From NCBI GenBank assembly GCA_965261085.1, contig OZ253442.1, positions 2,816,001-2,880,000 of the forward strand: 64,000 nt of DNA. The letters are read 5' to 3'. Below the pieces are notes generated by a model. The model was not told the origin of the DNA. It made no database searches and worked only from the letters and a program-made list of their open reading frames with translations. The position numbers and the translations under genes are program-made. The stretch comes from a bacterium (lineage in GTDB: Bacteria; UBA8248). Below, one piece after another: positions 46,274 through 58,100 of the stretch; the stretch's first letter is position 1; the number at the start of each line of letters is the position of its first letter.

Positions 46274-47992
46274 CTACGCAACCAAAAGAGCTAAAACCCC
46301 AGCAATTATAAATATCTGATCAGTCACCGCTTCCATGAGTCCACTATGTCCCAAGATCTTTTGTGTATACCAGTATAGACATGCACCTGCATAAATAACC
46401 GGAATGAGCATGGAATAACCAAACAATGGAGCCACCCATTCATTAATGGAAGCACTTATAAGAACGACGGCTAATGCTGCACAAATCACTCCTAAAAGCG
46501 CTTCTGTCTGTCCCTTTCCTAGAACAATCGGTAAGGTCCTTTTACCCACGATTCGATCGCCTTGAATATCTCTCAATTCCATCAGGCCGGTTCGGAAAAA
46601 AATCAAACCGAAGGCGACAAATATGGATATTACCCAACCAGCGGAAATCAACTGAGAATTCGCTAATGCAGGCAAAATCGCCATGCTAAAGGCCCAGCCC
46701 GATGTAAGAACCAAGATTTTCAAGGCCGGAAAATTCATTACCCTTCCCACAAGTGCCCGGGGTTCGAGCTTTAGACTACAGAAAATGGCCCAAATTAATC
46801 CCGCGACCATAATGCCCCCAGTCAAATAAGAGACACTGATACCGAACAAGATAGAGACAAAAGCAGCGATGCCACCCAAGGACAATAATTTGCTTTTGTG
46901 TTTTTCGTAAAATTGAGCTCGATTAGGCTCGTTGTACCTATCCGCCTCATAGCTAACACAACGATTGATAGTATGAGCGGCGAAAAGGTAAAGACCTGCC
47001 GTTATGGCAAGTTTTATCGAGAGGGGAAACCCACCTAATATCGTGATGGCGATACTACCTAATAATGCCGACAAGAAAAGAAGCACATTTGCTCTCGACA
47101 AAACTTTGATGATATCAAAAATCTTATCTCCAATATTTGGATTTGGATCGGGAATCGCCTCAATTCGATTCACGACACGCCTGATCATCCAATCGGGTGT
47201 GGAGGCACCCGCTGTAACAGCAATGTTTTTATATTTCTGTAAAAATTTCTCATCAATCTCATCTTCAGTTTCAATGAGAATAGAATCCGCGCCCCCTTCC
47301 TTCGCCACTTCCACCAAGCGGTTTGTGTTGCCGCTGTTGCGACCTCCGACGACGACCATCAGGTCAATATCGGGCGCGAGTTTCTTTACCTCTTCCTGAC
47401 GAACCTCCGTTGCATCACAAATCGTATTAAACATTTGGGCTTGGGGGTATTTCCGTAAAATCGCTTCTTCCACATCTTTCCATTCACGCATGTTAATAGT
47501 CGTCTGCGCGACCACCACGACGGGGCGATCACCAATGTCCGGAAACCCGGACACATCTTCCATGCAGGTTATCAAGTGGCTGCCGGCCTCCGCATAGCCT
47601 CTATGACCCTCCACCTCCGGGTGGCTTTCTTCGCCGATGATCACCGTGAATGCGCCCATGCGAGAATGTTTTCTGATGACCCCGTGCACCTTGGCGACCA
47701 GAGGACATGTTGCGTCCCTAATCCCGGCGCCCGAACTTCTTAAACGATCACGAACTTGCGGCGAGATGCCATGCGCCCTAATGACGACCAGGCTCGTACT
47801 ACTTGGCGTCTCCTGAGGATCAGACACAAAAACACTTTTCTCTTCCAACAATTCCACAGTTTGCGGGTTATGAATTAGCGGCCCATGCGTGAGAACTTCG
47901 CGGGATGTGTCATTGGCCGTATCCAAGACGATATCGAGCGCTCTTTCCACTCCCCAGCAGAAACCAGCCGTCTTAGCTAGCTTGACTCTCAA
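46274..47992 (-). CDS. ispH: IspH (HMBPP reductase) fused to a C-terminal UbiA-like membrane domain
   Basis: AGFCWGV, DATCPLV, HPEV, NTICDAT..RQ, TAGASTP, then TM helices and RDIQGDRIVGKRTLP. Confidence 0.9.
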   Translation of the reverse strand: MRVKLAKTAGFCWGVERALDIVLDTANDTSREVLTHGPLIHNPQTVELLEEKSVFVSDPQETPSSTSLVVIRAHGISPQVRDRLRSSGAGIRDATCPLVAKVHGVIRKHSRMGAFTVIIGEESHPEVEGHRGYAEAGSHLITCMEDVSGFPDIGDRPVVVVAQTTINMREWKDVEEAILRKYPQAQMFNTICDATEVRQEEVKKLAPDIDLMVVVGGRNSGNTNRLVEVAKEGGADSILIETEDEIDEKFLQKYKNIAVTAGASTPDWMIRRVVNRIEAIPDPNPNIGDKIFDIIKVLSRANVLLFLSALLGSIAITILGGFPLSIKLAITAGLYLFAAHTINRCVSYEADRYNEPNRAQFYEKHKSKLLSLGGIAAFVSILFGISVSYLTGGIMVAGLIWAIFCSLKLEPRALVGRVMNFPALKILVLTSGWAFSMAILPALANSQLISAGWVISIFVAFGLIFFRTGLMELRDIQGDRIVGKRTLPIVLGKGQTEALLGVICAALAVVLISASINEWVAPLFGYSMLIPVIYAGACLYWYTQKILGHSGLMEAVTDQIFIIAGVLALLVA

Positions 47993-48095
47993 TTACACTC
48001 CTCCTGAGCGAAATGTAAAATCTAATATGCCTATTCCCAAATTCACGCTCACACACTATAGTCCTACTTTCGAATGATATGCAATAAATATTAAA

Positions 48096-48641
48096 TCAGC
48101 TTTCATCCGGAAAGTGAGGTCGTTCAAACCGAAATTCAATGATCGGCGGCGCATTTTTTATGCGGGCTAACTCGGAGATTCGAAACCAACCTCCGGAATT
48201 ATCCAGAATCACCTCTCCAACAGTCCTAGGGAGATCAAATCTCCTCGGACCGCAGCTACCGGGGTTAAAAAATACGGTCTTATCTATCATTCGGCAAAGC
48301 GGCTGATGAGTATGACCGAAAACCACCAAATCCATCGCTTCATGTTTAAGAAGCACTTGTATTTCTCGAGATGGGCCTCCCCTGTGCCAAACAATATGCT
48401 GAATCATAATGCGCCAACCTGCTATAACGGTTTTCGAATTCATTGGTGCCAAACCAGATCCATCCATGTTCCCCGAAACACAGATGACTGGTGCGATGCT
48501 CTCGAGTTCCGGCAAGATAAAATCAGAACACACATCGCCAGCATGAAGGATATGGTCTACATCCTGACAATATTCGAGCACTTCTTGTGGAAGTCGACCA
48601 TGTGTATCCGACAACACGCATAATCTGACACTCGAAGTCAT
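48096..48641 (-). CDS. YfcE/MJ0936-type metallophosphoesterase
   Basis: SDTH, HAGD, GNMD, GHTH, NPGS. Confidence 0.9.
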   Translation of the reverse strand: MTSSVRLCVLSDTHGRLPQEVLEYCQDVDHILHAGDVCSDFILPELESIAPVICVSGNMDGSGLAPMNSKTVIAGWRIMIQHIVWHRGGPSREIQVLLKHEAMDLVVFGHTHQPLCRMIDKTVFFNPGSCGPRRFDLPRTVGEVILDNSGGWFRISELARIKNAPPIIEFRFERPHFPDES

Positions 48642-48838
48642 TGCCTATCGCCCCGCATGCCTCTTCAACGCAAGATGTTAAATAGAACTCTTGCTTCCTC
48701 AAGATGAATTAAAGGTGTATATCCCTCAAGCAGAAGAATCACAATTTGCATGTTTACGCACAAAGCCCTCGAAAATTAAATATCCTACCCCACTATTTGG
48801 GAAGGCAACCAAGACATTTCCAAAACACAAAAAAAAAG

Positions 48839-49699
48839 TTAACTCTTCGATCTTCCTCCCAATACGATACCCATCAATATGATAGAACAAGCGAAAAGCC
48901 GACTGGATGCAGGAATTTCATGAAGCAACCACCAAGCCAATCCTGTAGCTACTAATGGCTCTCCCACAACTGCAAGCGCCACTTTTCCCGGGTGTAAATG
49001 TCCCAACGCATAGTTGATAGAGGTATGCCCGATCAATGTCGGGCCAAGTATCATGGCGAATAAGAGAAACCAAGTATTGCTGGAATATCCGCTGAGAGGT
49101 TGTTCCAGAATTAAGGCAGCACCGAAAAGCAAAATCCCACTGAATCCATAACACCCCGTCACATATGTCGCCACGGGAATTTTTATTCTCAGTTTTCGGC
49201 CACATAGCATATAGGCAGAAGCCATCACGGCCGCAGACAACGCGAGAGAATTTCCCCAGAAGCTACCTCCCCAGCCTACAAAGTCAGAATATGCCAGAGT
49301 TGCACTGCCCCCAATCACCATCACTACGCCGAGCCAAAAATTCCGCCCCTCCTTTTCTCCTAAAAGAACGATTCCGCCAATGCCTGCAAATATGGGGTTG
49401 GTCGTAGCAAGCACAACGGAACTTGCCACAGACGTATGTGAAAGCGACTCGATCCAAAACGCAAAATGAAACGCCAAAAAAATACCGGATCCCACCCAAA
49501 TGATCTTCTCTTTACGAGACAAAGTGCCCCATAAATTCATGACGTTCTTTATTGTAAACGGCAACAACAATAATGCTCCGCCTCCCATGCGATATGCCGC
49601 TATCGCCAAAGGTTCGGCATCCGCCAATCTTATTAGAATAGCGGAAAAGCCAAGGGCGATGACCCCGACGAACAAATAGAAATACACGGGAATTTTCAT
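48839..49699 (-). CDS. EamA/DMT family transporter
   Basis: About 10 TM helices; AFHFAFWIESL..TSVASS, GHT..N.AL, GEP. Confidence 0.9.
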   Translation of the reverse strand: MKIPVYFYLFVGVIALGFSAILIRLADAEPLAIAAYRMGGGALLLLPFTIKNVMNLWGTLSRKEKIIWVGSGIFLAFHFAFWIESLSHTSVASSVVLATTNPIFAGIGGIVLLGEKEGRNFWLGVVMVIGGSATLAYSDFVGWGGSFWGNSLALSAAVMASAYMLCGRKLRIKIPVATYVTGCYGFSGILLFGAALILEQPLSGYSSNTWFLLFAMILGPTLIGHTSINYALGHLHPGKVALAVVGEPLVATGLAWWLLHEIPASSRLFACSIILMGIVLGGRSKS

Positions 49700-49750
49700 G
49701 CTTCTAAAAACCAGATATCGATAAAGTGATACTTTGGATTTGGAAGATTC

Positions 49751-50533
49751 CTAAAAATCATTCATGAACTGCGAGATCAAATCCCCGACTATCCCTGGTT
49801 GCTCCAGCATCACCATGTGTCCAGATTGCGGCACAATGGATAATTTCGCATTTGGAATCCTATCAGACATAAACTGCGAATATTTCGGAGGGGTTAAAAG
49901 ATCATCTTCTCCACATAAGATCAAAGTGGGCGTAGTAATAGATTCCAATTCGGAGAGAACGTCAAACCGATCGCACGCAATAAAATCACCGTGGAGTGTA
50001 CCCGCGTGACATTTTGACAAACTTCGAGTGCTCTCCCGGATAAGAGATGGGTCAGCTGTCGGGGAAAAAGCATAGCCAATAATTTCATCCACAGTTGCAT
50101 CAAAATCACTTTTGACACCCCCTAAAATTGAATCCTTCACTCTAAGTTTCGCGCCTGAGCCAATAAGAATGACACCTCTCAATAATTCAGCTTTCGACAT
50201 AACACTTGCCAGAACTACTGCACCACCCATGGAATGGCCAGCTAGATAAACTGACTTCAATTTCTTAGCTTCCAGGAATTCAAGAACAACTCGACTGTAT
50301 TCTTTGACATCCGAGATTTGGGCTACATCAGACTCGCCATGACCGGGCAATTCTAGGGCAAAGCAACCCACACCCCGTCCTGCTAAATTGTGCATTAAGC
50401 GAATCCAGCTATCCCGATCCCCCCCCGCACCATGAATGCACACGACAACACTGCCTGAATCCTGGGGACCAGCCTCGCAATAAGCAATTCTATAATCGGA
50501 TAAACTTAGAGTACCAGGACGTAACCAAGACAA
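49751..50533 (-). CDS. Alpha/beta hydrolase
   Basis: IHGAGG, LPGHG, GHSMGG, D, GHMVMLE. Confidence 0.9.
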   Translation of the reverse strand: MSWLRPGTLSLSDYRIAYCEAGPQDSGSVVVCIHGAGGDRDSWIRLMHNLAGRGVGCFALELPGHGESDVAQISDVKEYSRVVLEFLEAKKLKSVYLAGHSMGGAVVLASVMSKAELLRGVILIGSGAKLRVKDSILGGVKSDFDATVDEIIGYAFSPTADPSLIRESTRSLSKCHAGTLHGDFIACDRFDVLSELESITTPTLILCGEDDLLTPPKYSQFMSDRIPNAKLSIVPQSGHMVMLEQPGIVGDLISQFMNDF

Positions 50534-50562
50534 GAAGAGAGTTTCCCTAAGTTGTCGGCTAG

Positions 50563-50904
50563 CTATAGGTGAGAGACCTGAAGGGCACGATCAATGGCGG
50601 CCTTCAAATCGGCTTTGGATTTCACTCCTACGACCTGCTCTACAACCTCACCCCCCTTAAACAACATCAAGGTTGGAATGCCGCGGATTCCGAATCTCGT
50701 CGGAACAGATGGATTTTCATCAATATTCAACTTCCCGATGCGAACTTTTCCTGCGTATTCTTGGGCAAGCGCTTCAACCGTAGGCGCAATCATTTTGCAA
50801 GGAGCACACCATTCCGCCCAAAAATCGACTAATGTGGGCGTATCTGATCCGATCACGTCCGTCTCGAAATTCTGGTCCGTAAACTCGAAAACACCTTCCG
50901 CCAT
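50563..50904 (-). CDS. trxA: Thioredoxin
   Basis: VDFWAEWCAPCK, IRGIPTL; RBS AGGA. Confidence 0.95.
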   Translation of the reverse strand: MAEGVFEFTDQNFETDVIGSDTPTLVDFWAEWCAPCKMIAPTVEALAQEYAGKVRIGKLNIDENPSVPTRFGIRGIPTLMLFKGGEVVEQVVGVKSKADLKAAIDRALQVSHL

Positions 50905-51173
50905 TTCATTTCCTCCAGGATCAGAATCTACCGGGCCAAAAAAATCACTCAAGCAATCAATAAGTTTCTAGAAAAACCATGTCAACAATCTTAATCACAG
51001 ATAAACTTGACATCTTTTCAACCAGTGAACGTGGAGCATCATTCCTCATAGACTGATAGGCGTCAACTCCACTTTTCCAACTGCATAACCGGATTTTCTC
51101 TGATTCCAAAACCTACATCACTTACCATGTCTTTAAGGAAAAGATAACGAACAAAAAAGGGTATATCAAAAAT

Positions 51174-54158
51174 TCAAGACGTCTCTACCGACCCTTCATC
51201 TGGAATTTCACTCACTAAGACTTGTCTTCTCTTCACCCCATCCGCCGGGCCGATGATCCCCTCTTGCTCCATACGTTCAATCATGCGCGCCGCCCTATTA
51301 TACCCAATCCTCAAATGTCTCTGAATAAGAGAAATAGATGCTTCACGTGTCCTAGATACGAGTGCAATCGCATCATCATACCTCTCATCATATTCTTCAT
51401 CGCTATTTGATTCATTTTGAGATGTACTCTCATCTTCTACGAACCAATCCTCCCTGAATATTGCTTCTCCTTGGGATTTCCAGTGTGCAACTAATTGAGA
51501 AATCTCACTATCTGAAACATACGCCCCATGAATACGAACCGGAATACTAGACCCGGGCGGCACGAAGAGCATATCCCCTTTCCCCAATAAGCGTTCCGCC
51601 CCATTCGAATCCAAGATCGTTCGTGAGTCTGTACGCGTAGCGACTCGTAGAGCCATTCTGGACGGGAAATTCGCTTTGATGAGACCCGTGAGAACATCCA
51701 CAGAAGGACGTTGGGTCGCTACTAGCAAATGGATTCCAGAAGCGCGAGCCATCTGGGCCAAGCGCGTCATCGATTCTTCCACCTCACGTGGCGCGACCAT
51801 CATCAGATCCGCCAATTCATCAATCACCACAACGATATAAGGAAGAAAACCAAGGGAGGAATCGTTTTCGGACAGAGGTTCCTTACACCTTCTATTCGCC
51901 TCTCTCTCACCCAATTGCTGCACTACGGAGTCATTGTAGCTCTGGATGTTCCTCACCCCTGCCTCACTCATTATCTTATAGCGTCGTTCCATCTCCGCCA
52001 GAACACCCCTTAGGCCTGCCGAGGCTTTCTTGGGATCTGTCACCACAGGCACGAGTTGATGAGGGATGCCTTCATATATCGACAACTCCAGCATTTTGGG
52101 GTCGACCATCAAAAAACGAACCTCTCTTGGCGTACACCTAGTCAAAAGACTACAAATCATCATGTTCAGAGCAACGCTTTTCCCTGCGCCGGTCGTACCC
52201 GCAATTAATAGATGTGGAATTTTAGCCAAATCGGTAAACGCCGTTCTTCCTAAAATGTCTTTACCCAAGCCCATCGTGAGTTTATCTTCGGCCTGTCTGA
52301 ATTCCCTTGAGGAGAGCACTTCCTTCGCAAATACGGCGTCACGCTTGATGTTGGGAACCTCGATGCCTACAACCGATTTTCCAGGTATCGGGGCGACGAT
52401 GCGGACACTCAACGCGGACAAGGCCCGGGCGAGATCATCTGCAAGACCGGCTATTTTAGAAACCTTGATTCCCGGCGCAGGGTCATACTCGAAACTCGTA
52501 ATGACCGGACCTGTTTTTACCTCCCTGACTTTTCCGACGACGCCGAATTCTTTCAGCGTTTGTTCAAGGAGCAAGGATTTTTCGCGTATGTCCGCTTCGT
52601 CCACGATCAGTCCGCCGGAGGACGGTTCCGCAAAAATATCCAACGAGGGAAGAACGTACTCTCTCTTCGTTTCGGAGCTTCGTTGCTCCTTCCGCCGATT
52701 TTCCGTCTGCGCATTGGAGCGGACCAGAGAATGGTCCTGAATTTGGACGGCATCCGACTCACCGACAGTTCCGGCGTATCGGACTTTTACATCCGCTTGC
52801 GATTCTCCGCTTTCTGGTGAGTCTTCAACATTAGTTGAAGGTACATCGGGAAGCGCTTCAGGTAATTCCCCGCAATCGAGTACCTCTCCCAACGTTGCGG
52901 GCGATATGTCGCTATCGCCGTCAAGATTTTTTCTCCGCTTAATCCGCAGACCGCCGGTCACTGATTTTCTCTCAGCTTTCACCTGTTTTACTTCATCATC
53001 GATTTCCTCACCTGCCTTTGGCGGCTGCTCGTCCGTCACATTCGGAAGCAAGCCATTACGCGCTCCATCGCCAGCCGCTGGGAGGAAATCATCATCACTG
53101 TGGAGAAGTGTTTCCGCTAGCGAACCGGGCATTGTTTCATGAAAAAAACTCTTCGTATTTTCAGTGAGTTCCAATTCCTCCTCGCTGGCCGCCGGGCCGC
53201 GTAGCGCAGGCAACTCCAACTCTGGAAATTTCTCTCCTCCAAACAGCGAAGGGCCATTTTGCGGCGATAATCGAAAAACACGCCTGCCATTTTTTTGATT
53301 TGACGAGTAAGGCCTATTCGGTTCCAAAATCAATTCGCCCATATCTTTTTTCGAAGGGTTTAGCCGCGGTTCCTTGCCATCTGAGCTATCCTGCTCGAAA
53401 TATCTCGTCTCTGCGCCCTCACCATCGGCTATCGGCTCGGCATATCCGGCATATGATTCATTGGCATGTAGAGATGCAGGGAAACCTAAGACTGCAGAAA
53501 ACAGTTTTCGGGTCGCGAATACAGCACCCACGGCCGTTGCGAGCACCACCCTTTTGAAAACCGTAAAAATGCGCGATAAAAACCACCAATGCGCAATCGC
53601 CAATCCTGAAATCATTTTTTTGAAGGAAAAACCAGTCATGCCGACAAACGAGGCCAGAAATACGGAACCAAGCAAAACCCAACTGCCCGCACTGCCTAAA
53701 TAGGCGTCCAACAACATCACGACACTATAGCCGACAATTCCACCGGCTAACGTCGTCGCTCCAAAAAGAGGATCAACTTCAAATGCCTTGAAAAATAACC
53801 CCGAGGCGCTCAAAAGAAAGAACAAACCAACCAGTTCACGCCAGCCCGGCCGCCATGATCGCAAACCTGCAAATGCGGTTACCCCCCAAACAATGAATCC
53901 GATGGGCATAAAAATAGAGAATGCGCCGACCACTTGGACCATTACGCCGGTGACATATGCGCCTACGGCTCCCCCATAATTATGAATCCGCCATTTTTGA
54001 TTGACATGTGAACCCCAAGACGGATCGCCAGAATCAAAAGTCCACAGCGATATCGCCAGAAAAACCGCGAAACCAACCAAGGACAAACCTACGATCTCAT
54101 TGGTTCTTTGGGAAAACGGGGATGGCTTGGCCTGGATACCCGAGCGACGAGTAGGCAT
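51174..54158 (-). CDS. ftsK: DNA translocase FtsK
   Basis: N-terminal TM domain, long acidic linker, HLLIAGTTGAGKS, IDELADLM, ATQRPSVDV, gamma domain IGYNRAAR. Start codon uncertain. Confidence 0.95.
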   Translation of the reverse strand: MPTRRSGIQAKPSPFSQRTNEIVGLSLVGFAVFLAISLWTFDSGDPSWGSHVNQKWRIHNYGGAVGAYVTGVMVQVVGAFSIFMPIGFIVWGVTAFAGLRSWRPGWRELVGLFFLLSASGLFFKAFEVDPLFGATTLAGGIVGYSVVMLLDAYLGSAGSWVLLGSVFLASFVGMTGFSFKKMISGLAIAHWWFLSRIFTVFKRVVLATAVGAVFATRKLFSAVLGFPASLHANESYAGYAEPIADGEGAETRYFEQDSSDGKEPRLNPSKKDMGELILEPNRPYSSNQKNGRRVFRLSPQNGPSLFGGEKFPELELPALRGPAASEEELELTENTKSFFHETMPGSLAETLLHSDDDFLPAAGDGARNGLLPNVTDEQPPKAGEEIDDEVKQVKAERKSVTGGLRIKRRKNLDGDSDISPATLGEVLDCGELPEALPDVPSTNVEDSPESGESQADVKVRYAGTVGESDAVQIQDHSLVRSNAQTENRRKEQRSSETKREYVLPSLDIFAEPSSGGLIVDEADIREKSLLLEQTLKEFGVVGKVREVKTGPVITSFEYDPAPGIKVSKIAGLADDLARALSALSVRIVAPIPGKSVVGIEVPNIKRDAVFAKEVLSSREFRQAEDKLTMGLGKDILGRTAFTDLAKIPHLLIAGTTGAGKSVALNMMICSLLTRCTPREVRFLMVDPKMLELSIYEGIPHQLVPVVTDPKKASAGLRGVLAEMERRYKIMSEAGVRNIQSYNDSVVQQLGEREANRRCKEPLSENDSSLGFLPYIVVVIDELADLMMVAPREVEESMTRLAQMARASGIHLLVATQRPSVDVLTGLIKANFPSRMALRVATRTDSRTILDSNGAERLLGKGDMLFVPPGSSIPVRIHGAYVSDSEISQLVAHWKSQGEAIFREDWFVEDESTSQNESNSDEEYDERYDDAIALVSRTREASISLIQRHLRIGYNRAARMIERMEQEGIIGPADGVKRRQVLVSEIPDEGSVETS

Positions 54159-54319
54159 ACATGGAATCCTATGATCCCACCCACACATAGAATGGGATAT
54201 GCGTCCTCGGGCAGAGGAAAACCTCGAAACGTTATCAAATTTAAGTGGGAAATGCAAGAAAAGTCTTAAGTTAATGAGTCGAGGTGCAGAAATTAGTAAC
54301 CGAATTCTTTGTCTATCAC

Positions 54320-55165
54320 ATTTTTCAGCGGAAGTCCGTTGATGCGATTTTCATAATTTTCGACAAAAATACGACATACCCTTGGGATATAGTCTCGAAT
54401 CAAGCCTGCAATGTGAGGAGTGGTATTGATGTTTTTCGCCTGTCATAACCGACTGTCATCAGGCAAAGGTTATTGCGAAAAAACATCCAACGCAGCCCCT
54501 GCCAAATGACCGTTGCTTAATGCGCGAATCAAATCGTCCTCGACTATAACCTCACCCCGCGCCACGTTGACAAAATAAGCGCCTGGCTTCATAGCAGCTA
54601 TTACATTCTCATCTATCAAGTATTTCGTTTCTGCGGTATATGGGATGGTGACAACAATGTAATCAGCATATCGAAGAGCATCCTTCAGTCTATCTATAGT
54701 GAAGTGGGAATCCAAATCAACAACACTTACCTTGTTTGAACGGCTCACACCCAGCACACGCATTCCAGAGCGTTTGGACCGGCGCTTTACTTCGACCCCA
54801 ATTGCCCCCATCCCAATTTGACATAGCGTTTTTCCCTCCAAATCTCGCCAGCCCCATTGCTTCCATCTTTTTTCCCTTTGATTGACAATCATATGATTCA
54901 AACCCATCGACAAAGCGGTCATCATCATCATGACATAGCTGGCAATGGGATTAGCGTAGATACCATTTGTATCCACTTGAGTGTATGCCAACGCTCCAAA
55001 AACGCATTGTCCATCTTCCAGCTAAGGACAGTATCAAATGGCGATAAATCCGAAGGCGCACATTCCATACCACCGCACCCAACAACGAAAATACATGGTA
55101 CTTGCCGATTCAATTCTTCAGTGTATTTCTGATGGTAGGGACTTACTATCAGGACACCCTGTGTA
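54320..55165 (-). pseudogene. D-2-hydroxyacid dehydrogenase pseudogene
   Basis: Frameshift near 54975 between KWIQ and TNGIYA; IGMGAIG, VNVARG, LDVFSQ*PLPDDSRL*...TPHIAG with two internal stops. Confidence 0.8.
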
Positions 55166-55189
55166 AAAGGGAGGTTCTCCTCATCTAGA

Positions 55190-58100
55190 TTACTTGACGC
55201 CAAACAAACCACGGAGTCCTTTTTGTAAAGTTTTTTCGAGTTTTTTCCCTAACTGCTCAAGTTGGTTTCCTTTTCCATCAGGTTCTTTCCTAGTACCTTC
55301 GACAGGTGGCGCTCCACTGCTCTTCGGCGCCGGCACTATTTTTTGCACCCCCTCAATGGCGGTGCCGAGAATACCTGTTACGATATCCTTCAAATTGCCT
55401 CCCAAGTTCTGCGCCTGCTCAAACAAGCCTACAAACATCGGTTCCACAATAGCATCCAGAAAATGAAACTCAGGGTCATCCAAACGCCCCGTTACACGAA
55501 GGTTCAGTGAAATGGTATCGTCCGGTCTCTCGAAAAGACGGAACACTGACGCCCGGAGCAATTTCATCACAAGATCGGCCAGAGGAAACGTCTCGTCCGG
55601 CTCCAAGCGCAATCCGGCGATCTTCGCCTTCCCCTCCAATTCCAACTGGCTCTTTCTCAATGAATAAGTGGATTTGAAATCCAGCATACCCTTTTTGATC
55701 TCGGTTCCTCGCATTAACAAAGCGCTTGCACTCTCTCCCTGGATATCGCGGACATAAGGAGATATTTTGCGCAGGTCAAAACGCGAGAGATTGAAAAACC
55801 CATCTACATCCGGAGGCGCCAAGCCGGGGTTCAAGTTCGCCTTTGCCAGGAGCGAGGGAGATTCTCCGAGCGTCCTGAACTCCAAGCGCGTTTCCCGTAG
55901 GTTTGGAGCCATAAGCGTATCTAAATTCGTTATCGAAAGCCTGGCGTCCGGAACCTTCAAAACAACCGGAGGTTTATTTGCCGCAATAAAATCTTGAAAA
56001 TGAAATCCCAATCTAGCCACTTCGAATTTCGCGATTTTGATCGCCGGGAAAAGATGTCCATTATCCTTTTTTCCGGCCATTCGAGGTTTCCTGGATGTTG
56101 TCCTTGTATCTGTCGGCGCCGTTTTATCTCGGCTTCTCATTCGCCAGGTCTGTTTCTCCTCTGCCTTCGCCGCCTTGAACAAAGATCCAAAATTCGTTTT
56201 TCCCTTTTCATGACGCACATATCGAACGTTCAACTTATTAATCCGAACGCTCGGCGAGCGTATCTCTCCCCGCAAGATTGACGAGCGATTCAGCGATGCG
56301 CTTAAATCTCGAAGAATAACGTCAGGCTCTGAATTCGGTTTGCTAAAATTGATTGTCTTCAGCGTCGGAATCCTAATGTTAATCGCATCGTCATCCCCTT
56401 GCCCCAAAACACTTCCCGTTAAATTCAAATTCGGGTAAGCAACATGAGCGAGCGCTGACAGATTCGCCGCGAACGACCATTTGGTGGAAATCGAATGCGT
56501 TTTCTTTCTGCTTCTCGAAATTTCCACCAAACCATCGGCGCCGCCAGCCACTAAGAACTTCGATGCCGGGTCTCCCAAAATACTTCTAGCCAATCGAGCC
56601 GCATCTTCAAGACTCGATACCGTCCATTGGAATCTGATCGAATCCATTCCGTTCACATTCCAATCAACAGACCTCGGTATTAGAATATGCCCAAATGCCA
56701 TGTTTAGCTTCAGACTTCGCAACCTTCCAGATTGATTTTGCAAGTCATACGAACCCACGGTTTCAATGCGGAACTTGCCCGTACGCATCGGCCTCCATTT
56801 TTGACTCATCAGAGCAAGGAATTCTCCGCCCAAATCTTCACTCGTGAGATTGAGAACCCAGCCTATCTTTTTCCCCGGCATGTATAGGAACTCTATTTTC
56901 CCGGCGATCTCTCCGGCTAAATTACGAAAAGCAGGAGAAATATTCAGAAATTTCACCCAAGGAGATATATGCACAGGATCAAAGACCGCAGACCCCTTAT
57001 AAGTAAAACCAAGTTCATCTCTTCTATTTCTCGTCCCGGAGAGTAAAATTTTTAGTTTTTTCTTCTTTGGTCCCCACTTAATAGAATGCTCCATCAATCT
57101 ACCTAGCCAGACTTCGGCAACACTCAAGTCCATTACCTCAAGCGTCAACGAAAATTCATCCTTACCTATTTGATTCCATAAAGCCGTGCGATTCAGATAT
57201 GCCCTCGCAAAAGGAAGCCTCAAGTTTAATGTTTGTATTTCCGAAGAACCTTTCGAGGCGAGATAGAAACCGTTCGATTGAAGTCCCATAGATTCCAAGG
57301 AAATTTCACGCCACTTTTCATTTGAAATGGCCTTGACCCCTAGATTGACTTTCTTTCCCGCAATATCCGCATTCCACCTAACAACCCCATTCGGGGCTGA
57401 AGACACCTGCAATTTGCCGCTTACCCGGCCAGTGACTGTTTGCACATAACCAGGCAAGGGGAGCAAATCCACAATTGGCGCAATCGGCAAAGAGTCGAAA
57501 TGCGCTTTCGTATCTATCCTGAAGGCCGGGGAGGTTTTCCGGTTTCGCGACACTGTGGCATTAAAAAGGATTTTCGCATTCATGGAAACGTCTCCGTGCG
57601 ATACGAACCCGAGCCGCTCCAGCAAATCAGTTGCAGAAGAAAAATCATTCACATCAAGAGAAAATGCGGCTTCATCATTGCCATTTACATTCCATTTCGC
57701 GGGCCTTTCGAGTTTCGCCGTGGCAAATGGCAACTTGATTTTCAGGGCGTTTATACGCGCGGATTCATTCTTCATGTCGAAGTTTCCTCTCGAATGAAGA
57801 ATAGCTCTCCCTAATTCGAGGACTTCCCATCGTTTTTTCTGCTCCATCCTCACGCTCGCGCCAAAATCTTGGGCTTCCAGAGCCACATCCCACTCCACTC
57901 GATCGCCGGAAATAAAAACCACGCGCGCTTTTCCACTTACGTTTCCTTTGATTTTCGAAAGATTATCAACGGGAGGAATGAACGCGCTGAATCGAGCCAA
58001 GTCCACTGGATCGAAACGAGATTTGATTTCTACATGAACAAAATCATCTTGTATTTTGCGAATTCGTTTGGCCGATACAAGAATTTGGGCCGTCGCGCCC

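Noticed and set aside
54440-54475. TGA as a second selenocysteine site
   Set aside because: It aligns with a Trp position and co-occurs with a TAA and a frameshift.
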